Shown here piece by piece: positions 1-15,039 of a stretch of 64,000 bases of DNA. Position 1 is the first letter of the stretch. Every line of letters starts with the position of its first letter. Under the pieces are notes generated by a model. It worked only from the letters and a program-made list of their open reading frames with translations. It was not told the DNA's origin and searched no databases. The stretch covers positions 3,162,001-3,226,000 of the forward strand of contig CM022669.1 in the NCBI GenBank assembly GCA_012295275.1. The letters are read 5' to 3'. The translations under genes were made by a program, and so were the position numbers. Source of the stretch: Chrysomallon squamiferum. Lineage: Eukaryota; Animalia; Mollusca.

Positions 1-929
1 TTGAATTATGTTTTATGAGATCAAGATAACCTGCTGGTGACCTGCTATGCACTGTAGTGGACAGAACAACGACTCATCTAAATGTCGGTCACTGGTCGTC
101 ACATCATCACCTTCAAATAAAGCCGCCTGGTCTCGGCAAACATCGCCATGCGGACATCCTGCTGGGAAAGTTGGAGTTATAGATCTAATTGAATTCACAG
201 ATTTGGTTGCCCTGGAATTTACAGCGTGTTTGATTTAGAATAGTTGACACTGGAAAATACTGATAGGTGATGTGTCCTTTAGCAACACGTCAGAGGCGAG
301 AAAATGTGTAACAAGATAAAGTATTCTTTATCAAACCAAGATGTCTATTTACGTAATCCGACTGTTTGTTTGTTTATTTGTGTCTCTGTGTGTGTGTGCG
401 TGCGTGCAATTATGGTTGCGTATGTATGTATGCTTATATGCATGTTCATAATATATGAATGTTTGTTTAATTAATTATTTGTTTGTTGGTTTGTTTTCCG
501 TGTTAAAAATGAATCATACACTAATAAAAATAATTATAGTTTTATATTTGCTTGGTAAAACTTGAACAAGTCCATTTATTTCCCGTTCTAGAATGCGATT
601 TACTTTTGCCTTATCAAAGAATGTAGTTTCCTGATTATTGAAATGTGCACATATAATATTCCTTGCAATTAATCGATAATAATTTTAGAAATATTTTTGT
701 CTAATTGCGACTGTTAGGATGACAGGTTCTGTCTGTTCACTCTTGTTTGTTATGCCTGTTGAAGCAGTTCTCGTTAATTAAACACTGCTAAATACTAGCA
801 TTTAAAACATCAGCCTAACAAATTAGATTCTAAATATCATGCAGCTGTACTCAGTCCACGACCATCTGCCTCAAACCAATGAAGTTTTTTCTAATTAACG
901 GATATGACATAGAAAAGCAACACAGCCGC

Positions 930-1000
930 CCCGTGCGCTATTCCTACCGATTAGCGGCAAGGAATCGTTTTTGCGAACCTTCCCATAGTCGATATAGTAA
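930..1000 (-). mobile_element. Degenerate SINE core fragment, same family as 8477-8680
   Basis: ccgattagcggcaa and flanks match the reverse complement of ttgctgctaatcgg and flanks in the copy at ~8620-8660. This explains the spurious ORFs 879..1220 and 895..1122. Confidence 0.5.
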
Positions 1001-3232
1001 AGGCAAAGACGTCGTACATACCGGAAGATGGAAAAAAGCTCAAATGTATCCTGAGATTCAAATGGAATGCAAAGAAATTCTGATTCTGGAATATCTTGCT
1101 TATAAGATAAGCTCTGTAACACGGTTGCTAGGTATGTTTGTAGGGTTAGTTAGAAAAAGTCAAGACGTCTTAAATTTGTTAATAACGTATGAAAATTTGT
1201 TTTATGAGAAAAGACAGTAAATATCCGCTGAAAATAGTCTTATTAATTTAAATAGTCTCCACCTCATAAATTATTGACATAAACAGAGTTTGTTTTATTT
1301 TACGTTGCTTTATTTTAGTTTATATTAGTTTATTTTTTATTTATTTACTTGCTCAATTAAGAACGGTTTTAATTAAGAAATTTATATTTATTTTCCTTTT
1401 TTATTGAAATTAAAATAAATAAAATAAATAAAGGTATTATTTGTGTCTTAATTATTTCTTGTCTATTTATACTCGTATATGCCACTAATTATATTTCATT
1501 TCTCCAAAATAATGATCACTAACGTCACGTGAATACACAACATAGAACATTTACAGTTATATAAAAAAAAATTATATTTAATCTTCAAAAGTATAAGCAG
1601 TTACATTTTGTCATAATATTATAAATTAGGTCAAAAAAGCTTTAAGTGTTCAGTGTGAATATCATGTAAACGAATTATCTAGCACTGACAAACAAATTTA
1701 TATTCAGTCTTGCTTTCATTAAGTATAAAAAGAAAGAAAGAAAAAAGAAAGAAAGAAATAAGAAAGAAAGTATTCAAGAATGAAGGTACAAATAAAGTTA
1801 TTTTGCAAAAATGGATCTGAGTTAAGCTATCTTTCTATTAGTTGGAGAAACAAAGTCACAGATTTCTTTCGTTGTTTCTGTGATCCTACATCACAATATG
1901 ACGTCATAGACCTATCATTAAATACGACTGCATTTTACATTTTATATTCTTATTCAGGTTGTTTAATTATCAGTTTCTGAATACAGATGCAAAATGTGAA
2001 AAAAAGAGTTTAAAAAATGCAAAAAACAATCCAGTATTATTCATTTTAATTTATCACAGAGCAGTTTGTTAATTTAAAAAATTAAATAAATTTGAAAACT
2101 TACTAGGACATATAAAAATGCTGTTGAAGATTAAGCAGGCCAGAAGAATTTAGATGGATTTGTCGTGAAAAACACGAAGAAGACAAATTTCCAGTCATTA
2201 TTACTAATTACAATAATATATTTAAATTCCAAAACTAACGAGTAATTAAACATGGACAAGATAATTAGCATGTCACCTAATTATTCAGAAAAGATAAATA
2301 GTGAGACAGACAGAAAAAATTCAGACAGAAATACCTAATCATATTTACATGGTGTCATCTTTACAGTTTCTGTGAACAATATCTGAAATATTAATAATAA
2401 CTGTTGAAATAAAATTTAACGCTAATACACTGAAAAGACCCTTAAAACATGGATATTTATAATTTTTCGTCGTTTGTTTTTGTTTATTTACTTTCATTAG
2501 CAATGACTAAAGCTTTGCAATGTGAATGTATCGGACAGTCAGGTTTCGTATGCAACGTAACAAAGTGTAAATGATTGTCACAATATATTAATGGCGTATT
2601 TTATTATTAGCAAATATTGGTATATGATAATAAATAATAAAATCGCAGGGAGGCTTACAAATAGTACATTCTACTTACTCTTACCACAGGTAAGCCTATA
2701 GTTACAAATATATATACATTATACAAATATATATTATAATTATTGTTGTTGTTTTTGTTGTTGTCTGTGATAAAAACAAAGATTTTAAAAAGAGCTTTCG
2801 GCTTCTTTTGAAAAAATAAAGCTTTTTATTTTTTATTTTTTTTTTTTTATTATATGCTAGCAACTGATTCTAAATATAATTATAACTTTCAGCAAATGCC
2901 ATTTTAAAACTAAATCCACCCAAACGTTTTGAGCCAGTTTTGCCAGCTACCTTTGTTACTAAATTATACTCAAGGGCGACTATTTGGCATAGTTAGTCAA
3001 TTCTGATTCTAAAATCTATATTCCTGGCTTAGATCAGATATTTTCTTTCCTGCGTTTTGCTAAGACCTTGAAATTGTTCCGTTTGTGTTATTTTTCTCGC
3101 AGGTTGAAGTATTGCCAATAGATACATTACATGTCTCGAAAAATTCCACATTTCAAACCGAGATGCTAAGCCGAAATCTTCTTTAAAGTGTTTGTCTTAA
3201 CTCACATGAATAAAGCCAGTTGTCAACGACAG

Positions 3233-3342
<110 letters not shown>

Positions 3343-3574
3343 AAATATTTCAACATTTTTATATTACTTTTGATTCTTTAATTTTATTTTATCTTTCTTT
3401 CCTTTTATTTTCTTCAAAAATTTACTTATAAATATATATCTCAAATAAAAAAAAGGATTTACTGGATTATGTTTTGTTTTATTTTCTTTTTAATTAAGAA
3501 TATGTTTAGATGCACGTTCAAACGTTTTTAACACATTTCTCTTGATGACAAAACTGATGTTAAATAAAAAGTAT

Positions 3575-3577
<3 letters not shown>

Positions 3578-3632
<55 letters not shown>
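3578..3632. repeat. (AC)n microsatellite
   Basis: Perfect dinucleotide run. Confidence 0.97.
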
Positions 3633-3634
<2 letters not shown>

Positions 3635-3904
3635 ACAAAAATATGTAATGCTGCGATTTTCCTATAATTCTATTTTCTTAATATAATCTCATAATTCTTC
3701 TTCTTCTGATTCTCATATCTAACTTGACATCCATAAATGAATATTTAAACATGTTTTCAATTCTTTTTAAATTAATTTTTAAAAAGTTGTTTGACAATAT
3801 GCTATCAGTGATTATCAGTTGTCAGTTATACATTTAAAAAAAAAAAAAAATTATATTACAACAAACAAACGTTTGGTCATCAAATATTTATATTCACTTA
3901 AAGC

Positions 3905-4142
<238 letters not shown>

Positions 4143-7100
4143 TAATTCTATAAATCATTAATATTGTTTTGAATTCATGGAATGTGTCTAAGACAAACAT
4201 GCTTAAACTCCTATGGATCGTAGTATTATATAAATGTTTTATTAAACCATAATAAAATGCGATTAATTAATATTTAATTAATTTTGTCCATGCTCATAGA
4301 AATATTTAAAGAGATTCGATGACAAACAATGTTCCAGCTATTAATTGTATTACATAACAATGTGATGTCTTCTTCTTTTATGCTCAACTGCATTCAGCTA
4401 ATTATAACACTTGTAAATTATTGGCTGAGATTTAAGTTAAATATTATGAATTAAAACTAACAGAGTGGTCTGTTTTTGATAAATATTGAAATGGACTACG
4501 AAACACGTTATATTCATCTGTGAAAAGGTGACAGAAACAAAAATTAAATATTTTTGTTATCCTCCATCTTCTAAATTTAAATTTAAACTACTCGGGTAAC
4601 GTTATAATTGTCATAGATGTAACATTTTAATAAAAATTTAGTAATAATAGTGGAATACAGCTCTATTTGATCTTGAAAATATTACACAAATAAATATTAA
4701 ATATTACCATTTTCACGGACGTCGATATTTAGTATTAATCAATTAGTCTAAATGTAAGTTAGACAATGTAAATCAGTTGTTTCAGTTATAAGATACACGG
4801 GTAAATGTTTTAATTGTTGTCGTAGTAATATCATAATATAAAGTTATAGTTTAAAGAATACATGGACTATATTTAGTAATTATATAATACGTTTTTTTAT
4901 TCTTTTCTAATGGTTTTCGGTGGTATAAGTGATTGTTATCAAAGCAGTAGAAAAAAATAAACAAAAAGTGTACACACAAGCTCTAGTATTACAGCAATAA
5001 TAATAATGGTACCGGCTAGAGTTGTAGTGGTATTGGTAGTAGTATTAGTAGCAATAGCAGCAGAATTAATGGTACTAGTTATGGTTATTGTATTATTAGT
5101 AATAGTAGTAGGTGTGTAAGTAGTTTTAACAGCTACAGAAGCAATAGTAATAATAAAAGAATAACATTCAACTTGTTTTACATATATTTAATATTTAAAA
5201 TATTCAGTTTAACGTTTGCGTGAGATCTGTCGCTAGATGAATGATACAAATTCAAATTTCGAGTTATCTGAGTAAATCGAAGACAGAACGCGTCTAATTC
5301 ATTTGTCGCAAATCTCGCAGGTACCAGACAGCTTTACAAAATAAATTTATATGATGAGTTTGGTGTTTGTTACGTAACTTTATCTTGGAGAAACGACAAA
5401 GTATTAGAGAATCGGGTTTGGCAAAGTGCCACGTCATATAACGTGTTTTAAGAATGTCAGTAATTGTCTGCAATATTTGCCCATGACGTCTAAGCTAACT
5501 CAATCAGTCTGCAGTTGAAATACTTCATTTCTGTTCAGACATTTGTTAATTTAATCTGACTGACCTCAGAACACCTTCGATGTCGTTTGGTCCAGTGGTT
5601 ATAGCATTATACTAAAAAGTGTTGGTTGGCAGATTCAGTACTTCACGGGGTCCATACTGGCTTTTATCACTTTTTTAATAAACTGTCATGGTGTCATTTT
5701 TTTCCATTCTACACGAAGGTTTTAAAAAAAATATTTATTTCTGCTAACACATAAGTGAATCTGATTGTATGGAAATCGGCTGGTTTGGAGTGTCGTTTTA
5801 TTTATGTTTCTAATTATTAGAGAGTACAGGAACAGTTTCTTCAATTTGATTATTATAAAAAAAAGTAAAATATGCTTAAACCCAATGATTATTAAGGTAA
5901 ATTCCATTCTTATGTAACGTTTAGCCGTCTAAAAATCTCTAATGCATAGACTAACTTATCTTCTCTTAATATATTTTATTAACTTTAATCAAAAATGAAA
6001 TGTATTGATTCAGTAATAGAGTAAACAAATTATATTATATTAGTGTCAAAATGGTCTATAGGCGTGTTACTATATTTATTAAATACCGTACACAATATTA
6101 CTTGATGGAAAGTAATCACTAAACAAATTAATCACCAACTATATAGAAACAAATAGACTTTTCGACATATTGCACGTCTTCTTTATAACAGTTTCTTGTA
6201 TTTCTCTCTCTAAGACCGTTTATTTATCCATGTGTTTTATTGGTTAACCAGTTGATTATCGATGTATTTCATTATTTGTTATCATATGAATATGCGCGTA
6301 TATATGTTTGAATAATATTTATAATGCATGTGCAGGTAGGTGTAAGATTTTTTATGGCTGTGTGGTATATGTTGTGTGTTGTTTGAATTGTGTGTGTGTG
6401 TGTGTTTGTATGTGTGTATTACTGAAGATATATATCAGTGTAGGAGAGAAAAGGATAAACCGTTATTTTTTGATGGATATTGAATGAAGGTTAATCAACT
6501 GGGTTTTTTGTTTTGTTGTATATGTGTTTTTTTAATACTGTTGCATATTTATGTAACTGATTTAGTATTCAGATATCACTGTAATTCAGCAGCTATTAAA
6601 AAATACGTTAAGACCGACATCTTTCTCTTCTTTTCTCAAAACAACTGCATCTTCTTTTTAACTTGGCAAAAAACAAAGTATTATTGGTACGAGATCATGC
6701 TTCAGATTTGTTCACAGTATTCACATGGATGCACCGGGTTTCATTACCGAAATCCCGGGAGCTTAAAAAGCATAATTTTGGACTGAGCTCTATTCTCTAA
6801 TCTTTGGACACAAAACGATGTTCCGCACTTCGTAAGTCAGAGTTGTTGATGATGTTTTCGAGCTGTCTTCGTCGCAATGTTGATGCTACGACTGCCACGT
6901 AGGTGACACATTTGCTTAAACTGAAGAGCTGCCAAAAACAAAAAATCGAGGTCGGTTTGCGAGACTCCCGAAGTGCGCTGCTTGGCTGCCAAATCTCTTG
7001 ACCTTCAGTCGAGATTTATGGATTGATCTCACATAGTTTGGGCTTTGAAGAGACTGAATTCTGAATGGAGATAACGCATTAGTAAATGAAGAACGTTGTT

Positions 7101-8476
7101 TGGAATATTAAATATGGGGAAATGGTTTGATCATATTTGGTAAAAATAAAACGGACAACAGGTGAAGTTAGAAATACGATAACGTATTGGAGGAAGTCAA
7201 ATGTGAGTTGTTTTATGTAAAACATTCACTACAAATATAGATGAAACGAAAATGTAGTCAAATAAAAAAATAATAATAATAAAAAATCTATTTTCAGCAA
7301 ATTTTAATTTTTGATTTTAATAAAGAGAAAAATGAAATTTTTTTTTTTTTAAATAATATAGGATGTATGTGAATGTATTTTACATCTGTGTGTCTGCATC
7401 TTTATATATATATATATATATATATTAGTCTGTGTGTCTGCATGTGTTTGTGTATATGTATATCTGTATGTATGTACGAATCCTTTTGTGAAAAGGTGAC
7501 AGAATTAAAAAAATTATTCTTCTTCAAAATTTTATGTTACCAGTTTAAACACTATGTGACAAGGTTGTTGTTTTTGTTTGTTTGTTTGTTTTGTTGTTTT
7601 CTTCTTCACAGAAATACTATCATCAAAGTAAAATTATTTTCTAACTATGCTAAGTAAACAGCTTTAGACGGACAGCGCTATGAATTGTTAATGGAAGTGC
7701 GAAATAACGCGCAACTACCAACAAATATATACCTCCTTAATAAATCAAACATTTCGTACTAAATTCGTCTTCTAAAAAGCTCTCCAGGAAATTAAAGAGA
7801 ACTTTTTTATTCTTCTACTTTCCTCTCTGTAACAACTGACCGTGGCTGTTACAGCATACATTTCAACAAACACAGATGTGATTTATCGGCTTGCCTGAGA
7901 CTGTCAGACCAGTTCCAGATGGATGGAATAGTTTTTGCGAGATTCTGTTTGTACAGACATGAATGATCGTTATCATCACGTGAAATTTATCAAAAATAGA
8001 ATATCAAAAATATGAAAGCTATTTGCTTTTAGACATTTTGTTTTTATTTGAACAAAATGGATGCAAGGTGAATAGGCCGCCATTGCCAGTATTCGGCTAT
8101 TTCCGGAATTTGTTAAGCGAATTGTCGCGTCTGTGTTGACAGAATGGTTTTAGGTGGGGTTTGTTCTGGGGGGGTCTGAGTTTTTTTTGGGGGGGTCATT
8201 ATTTATTCTTATCCATATATTTATTTATTTTTATGTTTTATCTTATTTTATTTTATTTATTTATTTATTTATTTATTTAGTTATTTATTTATTTAGTTAT
8301 TTATTTCCATTCTTTGCAATGTGCTGTTGTTTTCGAGTGCTCCATGTTGAATGAATGAATGAACGAACTAAAGAATAAAAGTTTTACGACACCTGAACAA
8401 ATTTTATTGTTAAAAACTAGTTTTTGTCTGATAACGTCATCAAGATCATCATCATCACCATCATTGGAAAAATGAT

Positions 8477-8680
8477 GTAATTCAGTGGTAAAGCGCCAGG
8501 TTCAGTGGGTCTTGAGATCGATACTCATCGTGGACTCATTGAACTGTTACTGTTTCCAGCCTCTGCTCCACACTCTGATAAAATTTATAGTATGTATTAT
8601 CCTGTCTATAGGATGGTGCAAATAAAATACTTATTGCTGCTAATCGGAAAGAGTAACCCATGAGTAACAGCGAACTTCTG
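8477..8680 (+). mobile_element. Degenerate tRNA-derived SINE
   Basis: A-box-like gtaattcagtggtaaagcgc, B-box-like gagatcgatactc, then a body (tatcctgtctataggatggtgcaaataaaatacttattgctgctaatcggaaagagtaaccc). Related pieces recur in the window (930-1000, 15040-15140). It resembles gastropod tRNA-SINE bodies as I recall them; no database check. Confidence 0.65.
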
Positions 8681-8904
8681 GATTTTGGGGATGTGAAAAT
8701 ATAAGGAGAAAGTTTGGGTATAGGATCTAAGTCTAAATTCCATTATTCAAATAGTTTGCAAGCTTTTGTTCTAATATTTTTAATAATTCTCTGCACAAAA
8801 AAAAAAAAAATGTGTTATTCAAGACAATCCGAAAACTATGATTATTATTGTTACCGATGTTGTTAAAAATTCCTAGCTGTCAAATTATATTTTTAAAATT
8901 TAAG

Positions 8905-8943
<39 letters not shown>

Positions 8944-9494
8944 TATTATTATAATAATAATGACATATGAAATCTGATATCGCTGCAGCAGAGCTATTCT
9001 TGTCATTGACAGCAAGGATTCTTTTTTGTTCATGACTTTTAAATAAAACAGTAGTATGGCAGTGGAGCGGGGGAGAATACTGATAAAGACTGAACCTTCG
9101 CAACTGACACCTGCGCTCTAACCTCCGAACTATACCTTGGTTGTTTCTTTTTCTCAAAAGTATGGATTTAAAAAAAGTAAACACAAATCTTAAATAGGGT
9201 AAATAGAATATTTTCTTTCTGTCAGCTGTCGAAAATTTGTTTTTACAATGATTACAAATCAAGGGTGTATTTTGTTTTAGTTGGTTTTCTTTCCCGCAAA
9301 ACATTTATGACTGGGTATTTTTTAAATTATCTTCATTTAGCAATATCAACTTCGCCTAGAGTCTGCAATATCAATTCACTGTTTTAAATTTCAGGCACTA
9401 ATTCTAAAAATGTTTTGTTCAGCAGAAAGATTGTGTCATCTATCACACTATTCGTGAAAAGAAAACTAAACATTGCCATGATTTTCTAGTTAGA

Positions 9495-9670
9495 CAACAC
9501 AACACAACGCAATACAAATACATATGTGACATGATACGATACGAATCAATACCATGTGACATGATACGATATAGTACAAATCGATACGATACGATATAGT
9601 ACAAATCAATGCGATACGATGCAATACAAATCTCTGCTATACGATACAATATGAACCGATGCGATACAAA
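9495..9670. repeat. Degenerate (GATAC/AATAC)n pentanucleotide repeat
   Basis: Repeated gatacgatac and aatac units; accatgtgacatgatacgata-like block present twice. Confidence 0.8.
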
Positions 9671-11764
9671 ACAGTAGAATACATTATTGGCAAAAATTCT
9701 TCATCAGTAGTTGTTTTTGTGACTGTGAGAAAATGTATATATATTACCCGTGGCTTACTAGTTCATTGGTAAGTGAATACATAAACAAAATAATTCTTAC
9801 ATAAAAACATTAAAAAATAATAAAATATTGAACACTAAATCTGTATTTGACTGAAATAAAAACACAAACACGAAGAAAATAACACCTCCACAACAAATCA
9901 CTCAAGAAGGCAAGAAAAACGAAATTTGAAAACAAAAAAAAAAGCGACTCCAAAACGAACAAAACCACCTCAGAATCTGCTGTGTTATCATAAACGTCAT
10001 CTTCTTTTTTTTTTAAATCCCATTTGTTAACACTTATTAATATTTACACGCTTTTTAATTGAAGCCTCTCAGTTTAAACAAATATTAATTACTGTTATCA
10101 TAGGCCGCACAGAATTAATTACAACTAATTGTATCTGTAACCGCTGTCACTAATTACGTTAGAACTGTACGTGTTTGCTGCGACAACATCATTGTCACAT
10201 CTTACTACGTGAACCACGATATCCTGTATTCTGTATGTACTCAGCAAACGCCTTTTCTTCGCCTTCCCTGTACACGACGTGTTCTAATGTATCAAACTGA
10301 CAGCGCGCTGCAGCCACAAATACGAATGTGTAAATACTTTGCAGAGGCTAAAACAGTAACTCTTACAAGAGACGAGCAGGTTGTGTTTTGTTAAGCCGTG
10401 TTTCTTCTTCCTTACAGATAGTGTTATGACTGAATGATTGAATGATTGAAAGAATGAATGAATGAATGAATTATTCCCTCACTCACTAATCAACATTAAT
10501 CTACTTGTATTTTTGCATTTACATTCATAATGTGATAATGTTTTGTTTTTTTTTTCTTCAGATTACATTTATCGCAAGAGAGTTTTTACATGAAAATAAA
10601 AAGCAAATCAGTTTTAATAAACGAAGTATATGATGGCAGTCTAAAACTCCGAAATTGAAAACTTAACTGATTCAAACAGCAAGAACGATTGACATAGACC
10701 TATAAAATTATGGTCTCAAATAAACTTTTTGTAAGTTAGAGGCGAGAGTTCTTTTAGCCCTAGACCTCTTTTTCAGTGTTCTAAATACTATACTCCTGTT
10801 TGCATCGAGAATTTAATATTTTAGTATAGTATATACTGTATAGAAATTAGCAGTAAAGATTTTGTAAAAATATTAATATAATTACTTTTATATAAAAAGA
10901 TAATAATAAAATAAAATGTTATATACTGATAGTTTTTCTTCAGATATTAATATCGGATATTCTGGTCATGACATAATAAGTTTAATGTACTATAGAGTCA
11001 GTGAATATGTTAATCAGATTCTTTCGAATGAAGAAAAGTTTTAAAAAATAAATTCATATGCAGACATCATCATTAATGTTTTATATTAATAAATTCAATA
11101 ATGTTTTTGCTTTCTGAGACAAAAATAACTTTTTTTGAAACATTGTGGTTCAGAAAGAGAATGTTTTAAGTAACTTCTGTTTTTATAAATAATCATAAAA
11201 TCATTTATGTATTGTGCAAAATTCTCCTAATAAAAAACGGCATAGACAAGTAAGTAACTGCGCGCACACATACAAAGAAATATACTGATAGACAAAGACC
11301 TTCGCAAAGACATACCAGTACAACATACGTACTCAGATATATAAATGCATACATACATACAAATATAAAAATCATAAAATAAAAACAAATATAATGGGTT
11401 AGTTACACAAGCTTTAAGTTACATGGCTTTCATGAATTCATTTACTGCCTAGATTTATTTTGAATTATTTTAGAATTAATGATAAATATATACATAAATT
11501 CCAGATTTAAAAAAATAATCCATAATAGTCATATATGTTATAAAAACATCGTATCAGAAATCTTACAACAATCTGACTTTCTTAAAGCAATATTATTTCG
11601 TTTGTAGAGATCATTTTACACTCAACAGGTATTGTGAAAATTCATGGACATTTCGGTAAAACTATGTTTACGTTCAGTTAAATTTGAAAGGTACGGACGA
11701 AACTATTTTAAAATTATGCTACAGTGAGGATGTATTACGAAATTTTGATAAGAACACATGCACA

Positions 11765-11882
<118 letters not shown>

Positions 11883-11914
11883 TCTCTATTTCTCTTTCCT
11901 CTTGTCTCTCATTA

Positions 11915-13132
11915 TCATTCCCTCTTTTTTTCTTTAAAGACATCTATTTTTGCAGACCTACCTTTAGTTATGGTATCCGTTATGTCTGTTGTTGGCGTCG
12001 TTGTCTGCTGTCGTCTTACTGGTGTCCGATATGTTGTGTATCGTTGTGTCTTTGCCGTTGTCGTTGTTCGGACTGTCGTCCAAAATGGTGACCTTTGCCG
12101 TCCTTTCGTAACTGTACTGCTTGGCTTAATTGTCCCTACTTTTCGTGACGATGGAGGAGATGTTTTGGGGATTCTTGTTGTTTTCGACTTTTGCCAGGGT
12201 TTTCTTGTCCATTCGGGTAAAACAGTTACGTATGTTGCTTTGTTTGTTTTTCTCCAGCTAATAGGTCTAATTGTAGTCGGCCATGGTGTGAATGGCGAAC
12301 TCTTAAACGTTGCTTTTCCTTTCCCTTTTATCTTTGTAGTTTTAGGTTTGTCGTTGTGAATGGTGGGCCTCGTTGGTCTTGGCAAGGTCGACGTAACCGT
12401 CGGTGTTGTCACCCGCATAGACGACGTTGGTCTGGGGTGGGTGTAACGAATTCTTGTTATTTTGCTGGGGCGTGTGATGCGGGTGGACTTGGTTGCTTGT
12501 GTCGGACGAGTCTTCTGAAGGCCGGGCTCTGTCGGTCGACTCCCGGCGTGAAACCAGGACATGGTTGTTCTGCGAGATGGAGGAGTTGGTCGAGTTGGTT
12601 TATAATAAACTCTTGTTGTTTGTGCCTTCTTTGTCGCATTTACCACCGTCGGCTTTCTAGTGAAAAGCCAATTTTGTCCTTTGGTTTTCACTTTTATGCT
12701 TCTCCCTTGCGAGTCGTTGTCGTTGTTGATGATATTATATCGTCCCTTTCCGTCTGAAGTGGTCAGCTGGATCGTCGATAGCGTTGTTAAAGTGAGCGGA
12801 CGCTGGGTTGTCACACTTTCACTGGAATCACAGTCATCCCACCGGGACCCCTCGGGGACACAGTTGCTGGCTTTGTTGCTCCACACTTGTCCATACGGAC
12901 ATACGGGCATGGTCAGCGGTTGTCCGAAATGACATATGAAGTATGCTGTGCAGTCTAGAGGGTCCCTCACCCAGCGAATAGCTGACACGTCAGGACACGG
13001 GTACTCGGGTACTTTGTTAAACCTTTGTGCGTACCCATGCACTGTTAGACACACAAAATAGAGGAGACAAATTTTCACGAAATGAAAAGATTTACTTGTA
13101 CCATACATCTCCATCACGGAATAATTATGCAA
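11915..13132 (-). CDS. Secreted chitin-binding type 2 (peritrophin-A/CBM14) domain protein with basic Thr/Pro/Arg-rich mucin-like tail; single coding exon
   Basis: 405-codon ORF, far more GC-rich than flanks. Hydrophobic signal segment (KICLLYFVCLTVHGYA), then six Cys in ChtBD2 spacing (CPDVSAIRWVRDPLDCTAYFICHFGQPLTMPVCPYGQVWSNKASNCVPEGSRWDDC), then ~300 aa low-complexity T/P/R/K. Start could be M1, M7 or M9. AATAAA on the minus strand at 11454-11459. Confidence 0.9.
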   Translation of the reverse strand: MHNYSVMEMYGTSKSFHFVKICLLYFVCLTVHGYAQRFNKVPEYPCPDVSAIRWVRDPLDCTAYFICHFGQPLTMPVCPYGQVWSNKASNCVPEGSRWDDCDSSESVTTQRPLTLTTLSTIQLTTSDGKGRYNIINNDNDSQGRSIKVKTKGQNWLFTRKPTVVNATKKAQTTRVYYKPTRPTPPSRRTTMSWFHAGSRPTEPGLQKTRPTQATKSTRITRPSKITRIRYTHPRPTSSMRVTTPTVTSTLPRPTRPTIHNDKPKTTKIKGKGKATFKSSPFTPWPTTIRPISWRKTNKATYVTVLPEWTRKPWQKSKTTRIPKTSPPSSRKVGTIKPSSTVTKGRQRSPFWTTVRTTTTAKTQRYTTYRTPVRRQQTTTPTTDITDTITKGRSAKIDVFKEKKRE

Positions 13133-13951
13133 GCAGTTTCAGTGCCTTTAACAAGCTTCGGTTATCCTAATGGATGTTTCAGAAGTAACCACAGAGTTGT
13201 CAATAAACGTCAACTTAGTTTTCTTAAACAGAAAATCCAATCACTTCACGTATAAAAACATAAATTAATAGATTAAAAAATATCCTTTGAGCAGCGCAAT
13301 GTAGGAAGGCAATAATGAAGTAACTCCGATGATATTTTGAAAGTAATAAAAAGATTCTCCAATGGTGTTCTGAAGACACTCTATAAATTATAGAAGAAAG
13401 GTTCTCCGACTATGTTCAGAAACAAAAACTTCTGTCCATCTGCAGCACCACAGTGTTGTCTGAAGAAGTATTCACAGATCATGTGATAAAGCTGCCCGGT
13501 GTTAATATTAATGAGCCGCTCTGTTCTCATTGGCTGACAGGAACTGTCACAATTTGAGGGAGTCACTTACTGGTTCTCGTTGTCTCTATTGATCATCTCC
13601 AGCTCTTGATGTCTTCTAATCGGAGTCTAAACACAGGTCAACAAACTGAGCAAACACGTTTGTGCGCGTCTTGCAAGTCCAGAGTCTGACAGCCACTCGC
13701 AAATTTAGTCAATGAAAAACAAATTCCAACATTGTTTCTTGCGAGATTTTCACAATATGTTAAGTATAAATCTACATTGAAATTTACTGTAAAGCCGAGA
13801 TCACGTAGTTTATTTTGATTAGTTCGCTAATAAATAATTGCTAGAACTAAAGCATGGTGATTCTTTTTCAGTTTGTCATACATCAGTGTTGTGAATGTAC
13901 TAAAAATGTCCTTACACACTATCAGCATAAAATTATGATAATTATTATTGT

Positions 13952-13983
<32 letters not shown>

Positions 13984-14021
13984 TTACTACTATTACCACA
14001 ACTACTCTTCTTCTTCTTCTT

Positions 14022-14053
<32 letters not shown>

Positions 14054-15039
14054 AATACCACCGCCACCACCATCATTGCCACAAGAAAGTTTTACTGTAG
14101 TCAGCTGTAATTGTCATATTATTTTTGAATCCCAGCAAAAACACTCAATTCAAAATTCGAAAACCTATTTTTTTTAATTATTATTTCTTTTCTTTTTAAA
14201 ATTTTACTTTATTTATTTATTTGTTTGTTTGTTTTTATTTTTATTATTATCTTTATTTTTATTTCTTTATTAAATAATTATATTACGTCTATATTTAGGT
14301 TACTTTGCATACTTTAAACTCAATATTTATCTTATTCTTAAAAAATTAACCCTGTAGTCTAACTACGGTTTTCAGGATTTCGAGTGAGAGAGAGTTAATC
14401 TGTGCAGTTTTTTACGGGCTGCTGACAACTTAGAACTAGGAGGCGGTATGAAGGTCCATTCTACTCTGCAAACAGCGAGTCAATCCTGTTGTATGTTGTT
14501 GACTTGTGAAGAAAGTTAATTCTGACCTGTGTCAATTAGGGTGGATCTTCTGACTGCCTTTCGCCTGAAGTCAACAAAACTTTTTCTTTAATCCTTTGGA
14601 TTATCCTGGACTCCAGATGCTTCTGAGAAACAAGTCTAAAACAATATTCGTCTTACAGTCTTTGTTTTACGTTATAACTGCGTTCCTGTTTGACCTAATC
14701 ATGTTTGTGTTATTCATTAAATTCTATGATTTTTTTCCTGTGTGTATCATAATACTGCATACTTAGATATTTAAATTGTCGTATATTAAAATGCAGTTGT
14801 TAAAAGTGGCTCTCGCGATACTACGATAGTTGAAAAATTACATCATTAGTAGTACCGGTATGTACAAATAATTACCTTTCGTCGTTCTTAAAAATGAATC
14901 ATCCTTTATGTAACAAATATTTTTCTCTCTTTAAAAATAACTTTATTTGACAGTTTATCCCCATTGTACACAAAATATTATGAAAACTGTACTTTCTAAA
15001 TGTGATGACATAGCAAGCTGTATCTTTTAGGAGGGCAAG

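Noticed and set aside
13-238. Overlapping short ORFs in a GC-richer patch at the window start
   Set aside because: No recognisable domain or confident splice pair; it may belong to a gene outside the window but that cannot be supported here.
1899-1906. Perfect CRE palindrome TGACGTCA (also 25947-25954)
   Set aside because: Two 8-mers in 64 kb is near chance expectation.
7824-7839. 16-bp exact match to 36231-36246 (tctctgtaacaactga)
   Set aside because: A few matches of this length are expected by chance in AT-rich 64 kb; flanks do not align.
9060-9137. tRNA-like A-box on the minus strand (similar patch at ~5588-5650 on plus)
   Set aside because: No cloverleaf or good B-box; at most decayed SINE heads, not tRNA genes.
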